NCBI GenBank assembly: GCA_964558645.1
Contig: CAZLEV010000001.1
Location: 413,568 to 477,567, forward strand
Length of the DNA: 64,000 nucleotides
Reading direction: 5' to 3'
From: an uncultured archaeon
GTDB taxonomy: Archaea > Asgardarchaeota > Thorarchaeia > Thorarchaeales > Thorarchaeaceae
Shown: positions 40,900 to 50,016 of the stretch, in pieces
How positions within the stretch are numbered: the first letter of the stretch is position 1
Layout: each line of letters begins with the position of its first letter
Notes under the pieces: model-generated
Database searches by the model: none
What the model was told of the DNA's origin: nothing
The model's input: the letters and a program-made list of their open reading frames with translations, nothing else
Position numbers and translations under genes: made by a program

Positions 40900-42333
40900 T
40901 TGGTAATGCTTGAACTGCTTCAGGATTCAGTCCAGAAGGGAGAAGTCCTAGGTGCTGATTTCGTAGAATCTCGGTATGAGGATTTGACACTGCGGACTCT
41001 GCAGCGAAGTGACGATACGTGGAAGGACATTCAAGTGAAATCACGTATGGGTTTCGGTATTACATGCTATGTGGATGGCGTTTCGGGGTTCTCATTCACA
41101 CCCAGTCCGGATAAGAGCGACGTGTTTACTGCTACTGAACGAGCCTACAAGATGGCCAAGGCCTCAACAAGCGCAGCGAGTCTTAAGCTGCCTTTTGAAG
41201 GACGACCAGCTGTGACTAGTAAGGCATCCGACTCGGTCAGGCCCAAGGTTCATCCGAGTGACGAAGGTATCGGATTCAAGACCGACCTAGTGAGTAGATG
41301 CGTTGATGAGGCTCGGAAATATGGAGAGAACGTCCGGAATATCCGAGGGCTCTACGGTGAGCTTTACGGCAAGAAGATGCTCGTGAATAGCGACGGATCT
41401 GAAATTGACTGGGACTTCTTGGTCGCCGATCTGAGGATAACCGTGACTTCGCGGACTGAAAGTGGAGCCATGGTGATGGGCCATGAGGGCCATGGTGGAA
41501 GTTGGGGGCTCGAGGAGTATGGGACGAAGGGTCATATGCCGGAGGATTTAGGGCGGGAAGCAGGGGAGCGAGCTACCGAGCAGTTGAAGGCCAAGGCCTG
41601 CCCCGCAGGGAAGTTCAGAGCACTCTGCGAAGAGCGGCTAGTTGGTGTCCTTGCTCATGAGTCGTTTGGCCACCTGAGTGAGGGGGACTTCGTAGTGATG
41701 GGAGCTTCGCCCCTCACAAATAAACTGGACACCCCTCTTGGTACAGAGCACGCAACAATCATCGATGGTGGTGTACCTGACATTGAGGAGTACGGAGGCC
41801 TCTGGGTTCCTTTTGACGATCAAGGAACACCCTGTAGCCTGACTACTGTGTTAGACAAGGGTGTGCTCAAGCACTACCTGCATAACCGAGGGACAGCTCA
41901 GAAACTAAGACAGCAACCCACAGGTAATGCTAGAGCGGTCAATTTCACTTTTCCACCGATTCCGAGGATGACTAACACCTACGTTGCTCCGGGCGACTTG
42001 AGCGATGATGAAGCGCTTGAGCTATTGGACACGGGCGTCTATGCCATCCAGACATCTGGTGGCCAAGTCACGGGTGATGGCAGTTTTCTGTTCAAGGCTA
42101 TACGAGGCTATTGGGTCGAAAACGCCGAAATCCAGTATCCTATCCGTGAAGTTTCACTTTCTGGTAACATCCTTGAGCTTCTCGGAAATGTTGTGGGAGC
42201 GACCGACCAGCTGAGATTGTTCAGCGGGTACTTTGGGGGGTGCGGGAAAGGAGATCAATTCCCGCTGCCGACCGGTCTTGGAGGACCGAAAGTTGTCATT
42301 GACGATGTCACATTTGGAGGACAGTCTGATTAG
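40900..42333 (+). CDS. tldD: TldD-family metalloprotease
   Basis: HESFGHLSEGD, FDDQG, TGNAR, PRMTNT, GCGK. Confidence 0.9.
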   Translation: MVMLELLQDSVQKGEVLGADFVESRYEDLTLRTLQRSDDTWKDIQVKSRMGFGITCYVDGVSGFSFTPSPDKSDVFTATERAYKMAKASTSAASLKLPFEGRPAVTSKASDSVRPKVHPSDEGIGFKTDLVSRCVDEARKYGENVRNIRGLYGELYGKKMLVNSDGSEIDWDFLVADLRITVTSRTESGAMVMGHEGHGGSWGLEEYGTKGHMPEDLGREAGERATEQLKAKACPAGKFRALCEERLVGVLAHESFGHLSEGDFVVMGASPLTNKLDTPLGTEHATIIDGGVPDIEEYGGLWVPFDDQGTPCSLTTVLDKGVLKHYLHNRGTAQKLRQQPTGNARAVNFTFPPIPRMTNTYVAPGDLSDDEALELLDTGVYAIQTSGGQVTGDGSFLFKAIRGYWVENAEIQYPIREVSLSGNILELLGNVVGATDQLRLFSGYFGGCGKGDQFPLPTGLGGPKVVIDDVTFGGQSD

Positions 42334-42346
42334 GAGGTTCTTGAGG

Positions 42347-43741
42347 ATGGAATACGATTCAATAAAGGACGAGCTTATTGCGACAACGGACAGCGCTCTC
42401 AAGTATGCCAGGTCTCTTGATGCGGGTACAGAGTTTGAAGTGTTCGTTTACTTCAATAACTCTATGGAGGCTAAAATCGACCAGGGAATTGTTTCTGCAA
42501 AGGATGGAGCTATCGCCGGTAACACCGTGCGCGCAGCAATCGGAAACACAGTGGGCTTTGCCTGCGCAAGTGGTGTTTCTGCTGAGAGGGTGAAGCTGAG
42601 TGTCAAAGAGGCGCATAGCATTGCTTCGTCTATCAAGGTAGAAGATGACCGATTTGAAGGCTTCTGTGATCCAAATGAGCCTGGAAAGGAGGGAAAGTTC
42701 CATGAGCGAATTCTTGACCTTGGGACTGATGACTTGATCAAGGCAAGCGAATCCATGATTGAAGAGGCCAAGACTGCAGATGAGCGAGCCAAGGTCTTCA
42801 GTGCCTCTGCGTCAGCAAGCTATGGAGGATATGCGGTTGGCAATACTCGAGGTCTACTTGCTGCCACACGTTTTGGCGAGAACAGATGTATGGTGGATGT
42901 TCAAGCTATTCAAGGCGAGGAACGACGCAGTTCGTTCCGTTTTGACGTGGCGAGAGACCGACTCCTCGAGATAGAGAACCTGGGGAAAGAAGCTGCAGAA
43001 CAGGCAGTTGGTCTTCTGGGCGCGAAGAAGCTTGACTATACAGGGAAGATGACTACTATCTGGCGTCCCATACCAGCTGCGATGTACATCCAATCAAGCT
43101 TAGGTAGGTCGGTGCTTGGACAGCCTGTAGTCGAGGGTATCTCGCCGCTCAGTGACATGATTGGTGACACAGTTGCTCACGAGAGCCTTACCGTCGTTGA
43201 TGATGGTCAGAAACCCGAGTCTCTGGGAACGAATGCTATTGACTATGAGGGACACGGTCAGAAGAAGAACGTGATTGTCGATGGAGGCGTCCTGAAGGGG
43301 TTCCTGTTTGATAGCTACTGGGCTCGTGCCTTCGGGGTTGAATCAACCGGAAATTGTACTCGAGGTGGCGGTGAGTTTGGTGGAGCTACACCGTATGAAG
43401 ACTCTGTAGGTGTGACCGTCAAACATCTTACCATTTCTCCTGGAAGGCTTAGTCAAGAAGACATAATTGCTTCAATAGACGGAAGAGCATTGGTCATCGA
43501 CGGCTTCCCTCTCGGAATCTTTCATACGAGCGTCGCCACTGGCGAGTTCTCAGTTGTCGCCAACGCCGTGTATCTCATTGAGAATGGTGAGATGAAAGGA
43601 TCTGTTCAGCCAGTTTCAGTTTCGGGCGACTTCTATCGCGGATTCAAGAGCATCGCTCATGTTGGAAGTGATGTTGAAGTGGTGCCTTGGGCAATCGAGA
43701 ACCCGACCATAGCCTTCGATGACTTCACAGTTGTTGGCTGA
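42347..43741 (+). CDS. pmbA: PmbA/TldE-family protein
   Basis: Follows tldD; DYEG, STGN, TGEFS; lacks HExxxH. Confidence 0.85.
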   Translation: MEYDSIKDELIATTDSALKYARSLDAGTEFEVFVYFNNSMEAKIDQGIVSAKDGAIAGNTVRAAIGNTVGFACASGVSAERVKLSVKEAHSIASSIKVEDDRFEGFCDPNEPGKEGKFHERILDLGTDDLIKASESMIEEAKTADERAKVFSASASASYGGYAVGNTRGLLAATRFGENRCMVDVQAIQGEERRSSFRFDVARDRLLEIENLGKEAAEQAVGLLGAKKLDYTGKMTTIWRPIPAAMYIQSSLGRSVLGQPVVEGISPLSDMIGDTVAHESLTVVDDGQKPESLGTNAIDYEGHGQKKNVIVDGGVLKGFLFDSYWARAFGVESTGNCTRGGGEFGGATPYEDSVGVTVKHLTISPGRLSQEDIIASIDGRALVIDGFPLGIFHTSVATGEFSVVANAVYLIENGEMKGSVQPVSVSGDFYRGFKSIAHVGSDVEVVPWAIENPTIAFDDFTVVG

Positions 43742-43796
43742 CTTCGGTTGCGGTGTATGAGGGCGGAAGCGCCCTCCTCTCATTCTTCTTTCGTGT

Positions 43797-44684
43797 TCAC
43801 TCATCGCCAAAGACGATTCTGTATCTTTTGCTTAAAGACTCGTAATCCTCGCCGCTTGGCACAAACCTCTCTTTTCCTGAGAATCTTATAGGGATCATTG
43901 CTTCTTCGTCCAGTCGCCATGGAATGTCTACAACAATTCTCAGGAAGTAGGAGGCATGGATGAGTGAAGAGTGGAAGGCAGCTGGCCACCTGCTTGAGAA
44001 CATGAATGAGAGATTGTGCCAATGCTTTCCCGTCAGTTCTTCTTTCTTTGTTAAGTGTTCCAGAAACTTCCTTCGGGCCTTTGCTTTCACTCCCCGAGGT
44101 GCAACTCTCTCAATATACAGGAGTTCGGCTCTAATTCCTCTCATGTTAGGGTCTCCCTGAATGTGATATCGGAAAGTGAACGGTTCATCATAACGAACTA
44201 GGTCTTCCGGAATCTCGATCCTGACCATGTCTTGCCCGTCCTGAAGAATCTGAGCCGTTTTTGCTCTCGGGCTCAGAATCGGAACGCGATGGCTAACATT
44301 AATGGGAATGCTTGATTTGAGGTCGAAGGCCCATGAGATTTCTGTCTTCGCACGAAGCTGATATCTTACGCGGCCATGAACTCCTTGATACGAACCCGGG
44401 ATTTGAACGGGAAGTCTAATCCTAAAGGGGTAGTGGTGCTCTCCTGACTCTATGGGCGCGCCGGTTATCAACTCGACAACTTGTGATACATGAGTAATCT
44501 TCTCCCTGTATACACGCCTGTTGTCGCCTGAACCTCGAACCACGCGGCTCTTCTCTTCGCCTTGCAGATGGATGGTGACGCGATTGCATTTGAAACCGTC
44601 ATCGCAACGCAGGATGACATGACCCTCAACGTATTCGCCTGGGTTGAATACCGGCTTCCCTGTTTCTATACACATTTCCCTCAT
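43797..44684 (-). CDS. Arrestin-fold (alpha-arrestin/Spo0M/Vps26-like) protein
   Basis: VFNPGEYVEGHV, GEHHYPFRIRLP..IPGSYQG.HGRVRY. Confidence 0.75.
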   Translation of the reverse strand: MREMCIETGKPVFNPGEYVEGHVILRCDDGFKCNRVTIHLQGEEKSRVVRGSGDNRRVYREKITHVSQVVELITGAPIESGEHHYPFRIRLPVQIPGSYQGVHGRVRYQLRAKTEISWAFDLKSSIPINVSHRVPILSPRAKTAQILQDGQDMVRIEIPEDLVRYDEPFTFRYHIQGDPNMRGIRAELLYIERVAPRGVKAKARRKFLEHLTKKEELTGKHWHNLSFMFSSRWPAAFHSSLIHASYFLRIVVDIPWRLDEEAMIPIRFSGKERFVPSGEDYESLSKRYRIVFGDE

Positions 44685-44883
44685 GGCAGGCTTTCTTTTC
44701 TTATGAGTCCTCTAATATCTTCTGCGAGTTTGCAGCAAGCCAATACCTGGTTACCCACTCACAGCTACGACTCTTCGACCTGCGTTTCAAGACCTCTTTT
44801 CGTCAACTGCAAGAAGGATGAAGATCAACTGATCGTACAAACTCGACAACGGTTTGCAGAACTCCACGAAGAAAGGAATCTCA

Positions 44884-44901
44884 GGGGGCCAAAAGCCCCC
44901 C
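44884..44901 (-). terminator. GC hairpin just downstream of the carboxypeptidase gene
   Basis: GGGGGC-CAAAA-GCCCCC about 10 bp beyond the stop codon. Confidence 0.4.
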
Positions 44902-44910
44902 AGATTTTGT

Positions 44911-46431
44911 TCAGATGCCGAAGAGATCTGAATACTTACCGTTCAGGTAGTCCAGGAAGGGCTTTGCCTTGAGACTGCTGCCTGTAACCTTTTTGACAAG
45001 ATCTGCGGGATCATACATGGAGGAGTGGCGATGGATGTTTTCGACAAGCCACTTCTTGATTGCCGAGAAATCCCCGCTAGGAATGTTCCTCCTCCAGTCA
45101 GGCAAGTCTTGGCTTATCTGGTTAAACCACATCCCGTCGTAGACGTTTCCCATGGCATAACTGGGGAAGTAACCGTAGTATCCGCTTGCCCAATGCGTGT
45201 CCTGAAGAACACCTTCTGCATCGTGCTCGATCTCAACACCGAGATACTCATCATACTTTTCGTTCCAAATCTGCGGAAGCTCTGAGATTGATATCTTGTC
45301 TGAGAAGAGAGCCTTCTCTATTTCGAAGCGGATGATGACATGCAGAGAATAGGTGACCTCGTCTGCCTCGATTCGTATCTTGGACGGTTCAACAAGGTTC
45401 ACAGCCTTTACCCAGTCTTCCTTTGGCACATCAGCAAAGATGTCCCCCGTAAGTGTCCTGAATCTTGGGTAGTAGTAGTCCCAGAACTCGGGGGAGCGAC
45501 CATAGAGGTTCTCGACAAAGCGGCTCATCGATTCATGGATCCCCATACTGGCAGCCTCTCCTATGGGCTGGTACATCCAGTCGTGATTCAGGTTCTGCTC
45601 GTACAAGGCATGCCCTCCCTCATGCAGAATCGCAAAGATCATCGAAGCCACGTTATTTGCATGGTACTTGACGGTGATTCTAACATCATCAAAATAGCCT
45701 GTCGTGAATGGATGCTCAGTCTCGTCAATCCTGCCACCCGCCTCTTCAGAGCTGATGTCGTACTGGATTACTTCTGCCAAGTCCTCGGCAATCTTCCTTT
45801 GGGTTGCTACCAGTACTGGTCGCCTCTTGAATTCTCCATCGAAATCTGAAGCGGCCTCTACGCATTTCTTTACCAGGGGGATGAGACCATCTCTCAGTTC
45901 ACCGAAGACTTTGTCTATGTCGTCTTGAGTCATTCCTCTCTCGAAATCATCGAGCATCGAGTCATAGATGTTGGAAACACCCTTGACATCCAGCATATAC
46001 TCGTGCCTTTTGCGCTCGAGAGAAACCATCTTCTCGAGTTCTGGTTCGAATCTCTTCCAATCCTTTGCTGCCTTTGCCTTCTTCCAGGTTTCTACTGATA
46101 GTGCCTGCTGTTTAGCAATCTTGGCGACAAGCTCAGAGGGTACTTTCGTCTGTCGATCATACCCTAACCTTGCAAGGTATAGGTTTCGTTTCTGTACTCC
46201 ATCAAGTCCGCTGATTCGCTCAGCCTCGGATAACATTTCTCCAGTTTCCGGGGCAACAAACATCTCGTGAGCAATCTTCGACAAATAGGATATCTGCTCG
46301 CTCCTGAGCTGTACACCCTTTGGAGGCATGTAGGTCTCAAGATCCCAATGAATCTGGTTCCTTGCTGTACTCACAAGAGTCAGTTCCCTCATCCTTGCCA
46401 TAAGCTTCTCATAAGCATCCATATCTATCAC
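44911..46431 (-). CDS. M32 thermostable carboxypeptidase (Taq-like)
   Basis: HPFT, HEGGHALYEQ, HESMSR, IRIEADE, GYFPSY. Confidence 0.95.
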   Translation of the reverse strand: MIDMDAYEKLMARMRELTLVSTARNQIHWDLETYMPPKGVQLRSEQISYLSKIAHEMFVAPETGEMLSEAERISGLDGVQKRNLYLARLGYDRQTKVPSELVAKIAKQQALSVETWKKAKAAKDWKRFEPELEKMVSLERKRHEYMLDVKGVSNIYDSMLDDFERGMTQDDIDKVFGELRDGLIPLVKKCVEAASDFDGEFKRRPVLVATQRKIAEDLAEVIQYDISSEEAGGRIDETEHPFTTGYFDDVRITVKYHANNVASMIFAILHEGGHALYEQNLNHDWMYQPIGEAASMGIHESMSRFVENLYGRSPEFWDYYYPRFRTLTGDIFADVPKEDWVKAVNLVEPSKIRIEADEVTYSLHVIIRFEIEKALFSDKISISELPQIWNEKYDEYLGVEIEHDAEGVLQDTHWASGYYGYFPSYAMGNVYDGMWFNQISQDLPDWRRNIPSGDFSAIKKWLVENIHRHSSMYDPADLVKKVTGSSLKAKPFLDYLNGKYSDLFGI

Positions 46432-46484
46432 ATCATAGCCTATCTGATGTTCTGGTGAATGGGAAGACGATTCGGTCTCGGTTA

Positions 46485-46498
46485 ATTATGTTTGTATT
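46485..46498 (+). repeat. Putative attL core (direct repeat)
   Basis: ATTATGTTTGTATT, 13/14 identical to 57240-57253. Confidence 0.7.
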
Positions 46499-46509
46499 TG
46501 GACAGCTTC

Positions 46510-46572
46510 TGTCAGTTCAATGAAAATCAGGAGGGGACACCAGGAACCTCGGTCCGGATCTGGCTGATACCG
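46510..46572 (+). repeat. Left terminal inverted motifs (putative integrase arm sites)
   Basis: TGTCAGTTCAAT (46510-46521) and TGGCTGATACCG (46561-46572) are exact reverse complements of 57216-57227 and 57166-57177. Confidence 0.75.
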
Positions 46573-46632
46573 GCAAGACCGTCGGTCACTGGTGGCCGGG
46601 TGTCTCTAGGAGAGTCTTCCTATTGTGTCTTC

Positions 46633-46681
46633 CTAAATCCCCTGAAACCTCACTTACCTCACTTATCTAACTCATCTAATC
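46633..46681 (-). repeat. Iteron array (four 9-bp repeats) plus GGGGATTTAG box
   Basis: + strand AACCTCACT TACCTCACT TATCTAACT CATCTAATC, the same units as in the rep gene at 55598-55699. Confidence 0.75.
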
Positions 46682-46951
46682 CAACTCGTTGGTAAAAGCA
46701 GAGGCCCTTGGAACACGTGTTCTAGAATCATACTCCAGGAAGTTGGCGACCGCCAACCCAGAGAGCTGTCAATCCATCGGAAGAATGCGTAAGTAGCAGA
46801 ATGGCAATCCGGCGGGACTGTCGATCTCTTTCATCGGAGCATCGTGGCAAGAGAAGCGTCAATTCAAATGGAAACAGGAAACTGCCACTTCCCTTAAGTG
46901 GTCATTCATCGTTTCTGTATTTGTGCTAGAGAGGAGAAGGTAGGTGTAGAA

Positions 46952-47767
46952 GTGAGTGGGCGCAGTCGCTTAATGTTACTGTTGTTCTTAGCAATTATGT
47001 TGATAGTGGAACCATTAGAAGTCAAGTCGGTACCGGATGGGGCCACAGAAACTAGTTTGATATCTATTGAAGTGTATTGGGCAATAACAGCCGGTGGGTT
47101 TGGAGACTGGCCAGAAGAATCGGAATGGAATGTCCTGTACCAGAATCAAGACATCAACCTTAGCGAAGAAGAATACGGAGTATACCTCTATATCAAGGTA
47201 AATGGCACAGTACTCCTTGATTACTCAAAATGGGTCGAGGTTAGCTGCAGGATAGGGCATCTTTCTGAATATGGATTCTATTCTAGTAGCGGATTTAACT
47301 GCAGTAATCAAGCTTCTTGTATGTCAGGATTCCAGACGGAACACTGGGACCCGTATCATAATTCTGCCAATGCGACTGTCTGTGTGAACACCACCAATGG
47401 TGATTACTACTACAACCGCCGATATTTTCATATTCATTTTGGTGAAGAGCCAACCACCACGACTACTACCACTACGACAACGGCCGGAACAACAGATGAT
47501 GTCAGTGATACCACTACGTCAGACATATCGACTGATGATCATGTGGTCATTCCCCAAGTAGCATTACTATCTCTTGCCACAATCGTTGTCGTAGCTATCC
47601 TTTTCTTTATCTCTAAGAAGAAACATCCAGCAGATCAGGGAATCGAAACGCCTGATACTATGTCGAAGGAAATAACAAGAGAGGTCTTCTTGGTCGTCTG
47701 TCCCTACTGCGGGGCGAAGAACGAGCAGGGACGCGCCCACTGCAAGAATTGCGGTGGGAAGATATAG
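46952..47767 (+). CDS. Cargo surface glycoprotein: signal peptide, Thr-rich linker, TM helix, cytoplasmic double zinc ribbon
   Basis: Several NxS/T sequons, poly-Thr run, TM, CPYCG...CKNCGG. Confidence 0.8.
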   Translation: MSGRSRLMLLLFLAIMLIVEPLEVKSVPDGATETSLISIEVYWAITAGGFGDWPEESEWNVLYQNQDINLSEEEYGVYLYIKVNGTVLLDYSKWVEVSCRIGHLSEYGFYSSSGFNCSNQASCMSGFQTEHWDPYHNSANATVCVNTTNGDYYYNRRYFHIHFGEEPTTTTTTTTTTAGTTDDVSDTTTSDISTDDHVVIPQVALLSLATIVVVAILFFISKKKHPADQGIETPDTMSKEITREVFLVVCPYCGAKNEQGRAHCKNCGGKI

Positions 47768-47806
47768 CTCAATCCGATCTTTAGGGAATCGAAGACCACC
47801 TCAACT

Positions 47807-47941
47807 TCAAACAGTGCGACTGCAAGGGCAAGAGCAACGATGCACCAGAAGACGAGAACCATGGCCACATGCCCCGTTGTGAGATATCAGAAGCGCACCA
47901 CACTCTGTGCACGTGCAGGAATCGCGAGCCAAGGCCTGCAT
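47807..47941 (-). pseudogene. Truncated paralogue of the N-terminus of the element TFB-like gene
   Basis: MQALARDSCTCTECGALLISHNG vs MQVLVRDQHTCAECGSPLISHQG (15/23 identical); homology then ends. Confidence 0.7.
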
Positions 47942-48079
47942 CTATTCGTCCTCCCGGAGGGCCCTCCGCTCCTCGGGAGTGAGCTCGCTAAGGGCCCTTC
48001 TGACCTCCTCACGGACAATCTGTCTGAACCAGACAAGAACCTCTTCCTTTGTCGGCGTTGTATCGGTCAGATTCGTCAC
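47942..48079 (-). CDS. Small helical hypothetical protein (45 aa)
   Basis: GTG start, MTNLTDTTPTKEEVLVWFRQIVREEVRRALSELTPEERRALREDE; TAG abuts the ATG of the TFB relic, the same TAGATG junction as at 51297-51302. Confidence 0.5.
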   Translation of the reverse strand: MTNLTDTTPTKEEVLVWFRQIVREEVRRALSELTPEERRALREDE

Positions 48080-48368
48080 GCTCTCAATTGTCTTTCCCAG
48101 AAACTTCCTAATACTCTCTTCACTGCAGAGGAGATGGGCTCAATACAGACCGATGGGGCAAACTTATTAAGTTTCGTGGAAATCATAATAATGTGATGTC
48201 TTGTGGATTCTACTTCAAATCTTGTTTTCTGAAACAAGACACACCTGTTGTCCTCTAGGTCCTGATGGATATGTCAGGACCTCCTTCTTTCTCTCTCTCT
48301 CCTCTAGAACTCCCGCCAACCCGTATCACGGCTTACACTACTCATAAGAGGGTTGGGAAATCTTAATC

Positions 48369-48780
48369 TTTCCACGTGGAAACCGGCGTTTCTCGACATG
48401 ATAGGACACAAAGCGCACTTCATAGACTCAAGGAGGGAGGCAGGGGAGGAGGAGGTGCCAAGAGGTCATGCTGTCAGAGATTGTTCCCAACCCTCTTCTA
48501 ATACCGCTGACTGGATGGAAGAAGTTTTCTGGCTATGTACCTCCCGCACAGACCCCTATCTTCGCGAGCCGTGCTGCTGGACGGAGCACGCAGGCAGAGG
48601 ATCTGCAGCTGAATGCTTTCCACGTGGAAATCTGTGAGGTCATACTGGGACCTCGTGGGAGATCCTGGATCCGAACGAGCCTGAGAACCTTATCCAAGTA
48701 CGGGAGCATGGTCGCGGGAGGAGCTGGTGTGGGTGTTACAGTTCGGGGCGGTTGGCAGCCAGGGAGGTTTCCACGTGGAA
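48369..48780. repeat. Three copies of the palindrome TTCCACGTGGAA (parS-like)
   Basis: TTTCCACGTGGAAA at 48369-48382 and 48617-48630; TTCCACGTGGAA at 48769-48780. Confidence 0.8.
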
Positions 48781-48931
48781 GCCTATCGAGCTGCCATGGC
48801 GTTGGCAGGAACGAGAGTGTTCTCCATGGGTCTTCTGGAGGAGAGGGCGCAGCATGCCCCCGTAGAGGATTTCTGGGGAAGAGGGGGTGTGTGCGGGAAG
48901 TGCTTATAGATTCCGGCGAGTTAGGAGAGAT

Positions 48932-49381
48932 ATGAATCGAGAGAGAATCATATCTGGGCTTGAGCCACTGTTTATTGGACTCTTCATGATCATGGGAATC
49001 TGGCTTTCATATGAGCTGAGAATTATGTCTAGCACGTACTACACGCAGTATGAGCAATTCTTAGACATCGCTGATGAAGTGCTGACATGGGAGGAAGTGG
49101 GTTACTACACATCTTGGGCACACCAATATCGCACCTGGAGCGATACGTACTTGTTTTTCTCGTTCACTGTTATCTTCACAGTCATTGGACTGGCAGCGAC
49201 CTACTCAGGGCGCCAGGGGAGCGACAAGAGAGCAAAAGAAACGCAGTCGACCCTAGCCGAGATTAGGAATATGCTGGCCTATATCTGCAGACAGTATGCT
49301 GAGGATGATGCCTCTTCTCCTACCCCAGACGAGGATGGGGGCACACCAGCGGAGGAAGAGAGCACAGACAATCAGGAATAG
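48932..49381 (+). CDS. Two-TM membrane protein with acidic tail
   Basis: AGGAG RBS and two hydrophobic helices. Confidence 0.7.
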   Translation: MNRERIISGLEPLFIGLFMIMGIWLSYELRIMSSTYYTQYEQFLDIADEVLTWEEVGYYTSWAHQYRTWSDTYLFFSFTVIFTVIGLAATYSGRQGSDKRAKETQSTLAEIRNMLAYICRQYAEDDASSPTPDEDGGTPAEEESTDNQE

Positions 49382-49647
49382 GGCGATATCCTGATTCTCA
49401 CAACACTGCCTGACTGAAGTCTGTCTTCTTCTGGCAGACGAGGGATATATCCTCTCAGACCGTTCCGGTAGTTGTGGATGTCTGTCCAGAGAGATCTGTC
49501 GACTGCTAGATTCCTACGAAGTGCTACCTCTGCATCATACGTACCTGGTTGAATCTCGTAGAAGGCAATGACGTGCTGGGGAACGTAGTAGCCCCAGCGC
49601 TTATCGTCATGCCTGAAGATCTTCGTGACAAACTCAGCTATGGCCAT
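49372..49647 (-). CDS. Small beta-rich hypothetical protein (possibly AbrB/swapped-hairpin-like)
   Basis: GGAGAGG RBS; internal duplication GYYVP...PGTYDAEV / GYIP...SGSVVRIRI. Confidence 0.6.
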   Translation of the reverse strand: MAIAEFVTKIFRHDDKRWGYYVPQHVIAFYEIQPGTYDAEVALRRNLAVDRSLWTDIHNYRNGLRGYIPRLPEEDRLQSGSVVRIRISPYS

Positions 49648-49712
49648 GCCTCTCCAAAGGGGGCATCTGCAGATATGGGTTACTGGATAACCCATAGCCA
49701 AGGCAATGCGCA

Positions 49713-49925
49713 CTAGCCCTTCATGCAGATTGTCAGCAACAGGAACGTGACTGCAAATACGAAGATACCGACCATCAACACGCTGAACGACGCGCTCACG
49801 GGGTCCTGGTAGCCAGATATCACTCCCAGAAGCTGGAAACCAGAGAAGACCAAGAAGATCACAGCGGCAAGCGCAATCATCCCTGACATGACAAGTTTGA
49901 TGAGGATTTTTCCACTAAAGGCCAT
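49713..49925 (-). CDS. Small two-TM membrane protein
   Basis: GGAGG RBS; 70 aa, almost all hydrophobic. Confidence 0.7.
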   Translation of the reverse strand: MAFSGKILIKLVMSGMIALAAVIFLVFSGFQLLGVISGYQDPVSASFSVLMVGIFVFAVTFLLLTICMKG

Positions 49926-50016
49926 TCTATTTTCCTCCTCTCACGATTGAGAGTACTTAGAGTCAGCACTTCTTTCTGCTTAAACTCTTCCATTTCCTCT
50001 CGATGATTGACTTCAT

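Noticed and set aside
46470-46500. TTATGTT in the att core resembles the XerD arm of a dif site
   Set aside because: No matching inverted CATAA-type arm 6 bp away at either end, so not a dif site
47452-47482. ACN trinucleotide run as a contingency microsatellite
   Set aside because: Mixed Thr codons encoding a linker, not a pure repeat
48369-48780. Possible CRISPR array from repeated palindromes
   Set aside because: Repeats are only 12-14 bp with irregular spacing (about 250 and 150 bp), and there are no cas genes
48353-48935. ORFs 48353-48637, 48468-48935 and 48727-48909
   Set aside because: They overlap each other and have unprotein-like composition; the repeated FHVE is just the palindrome translated
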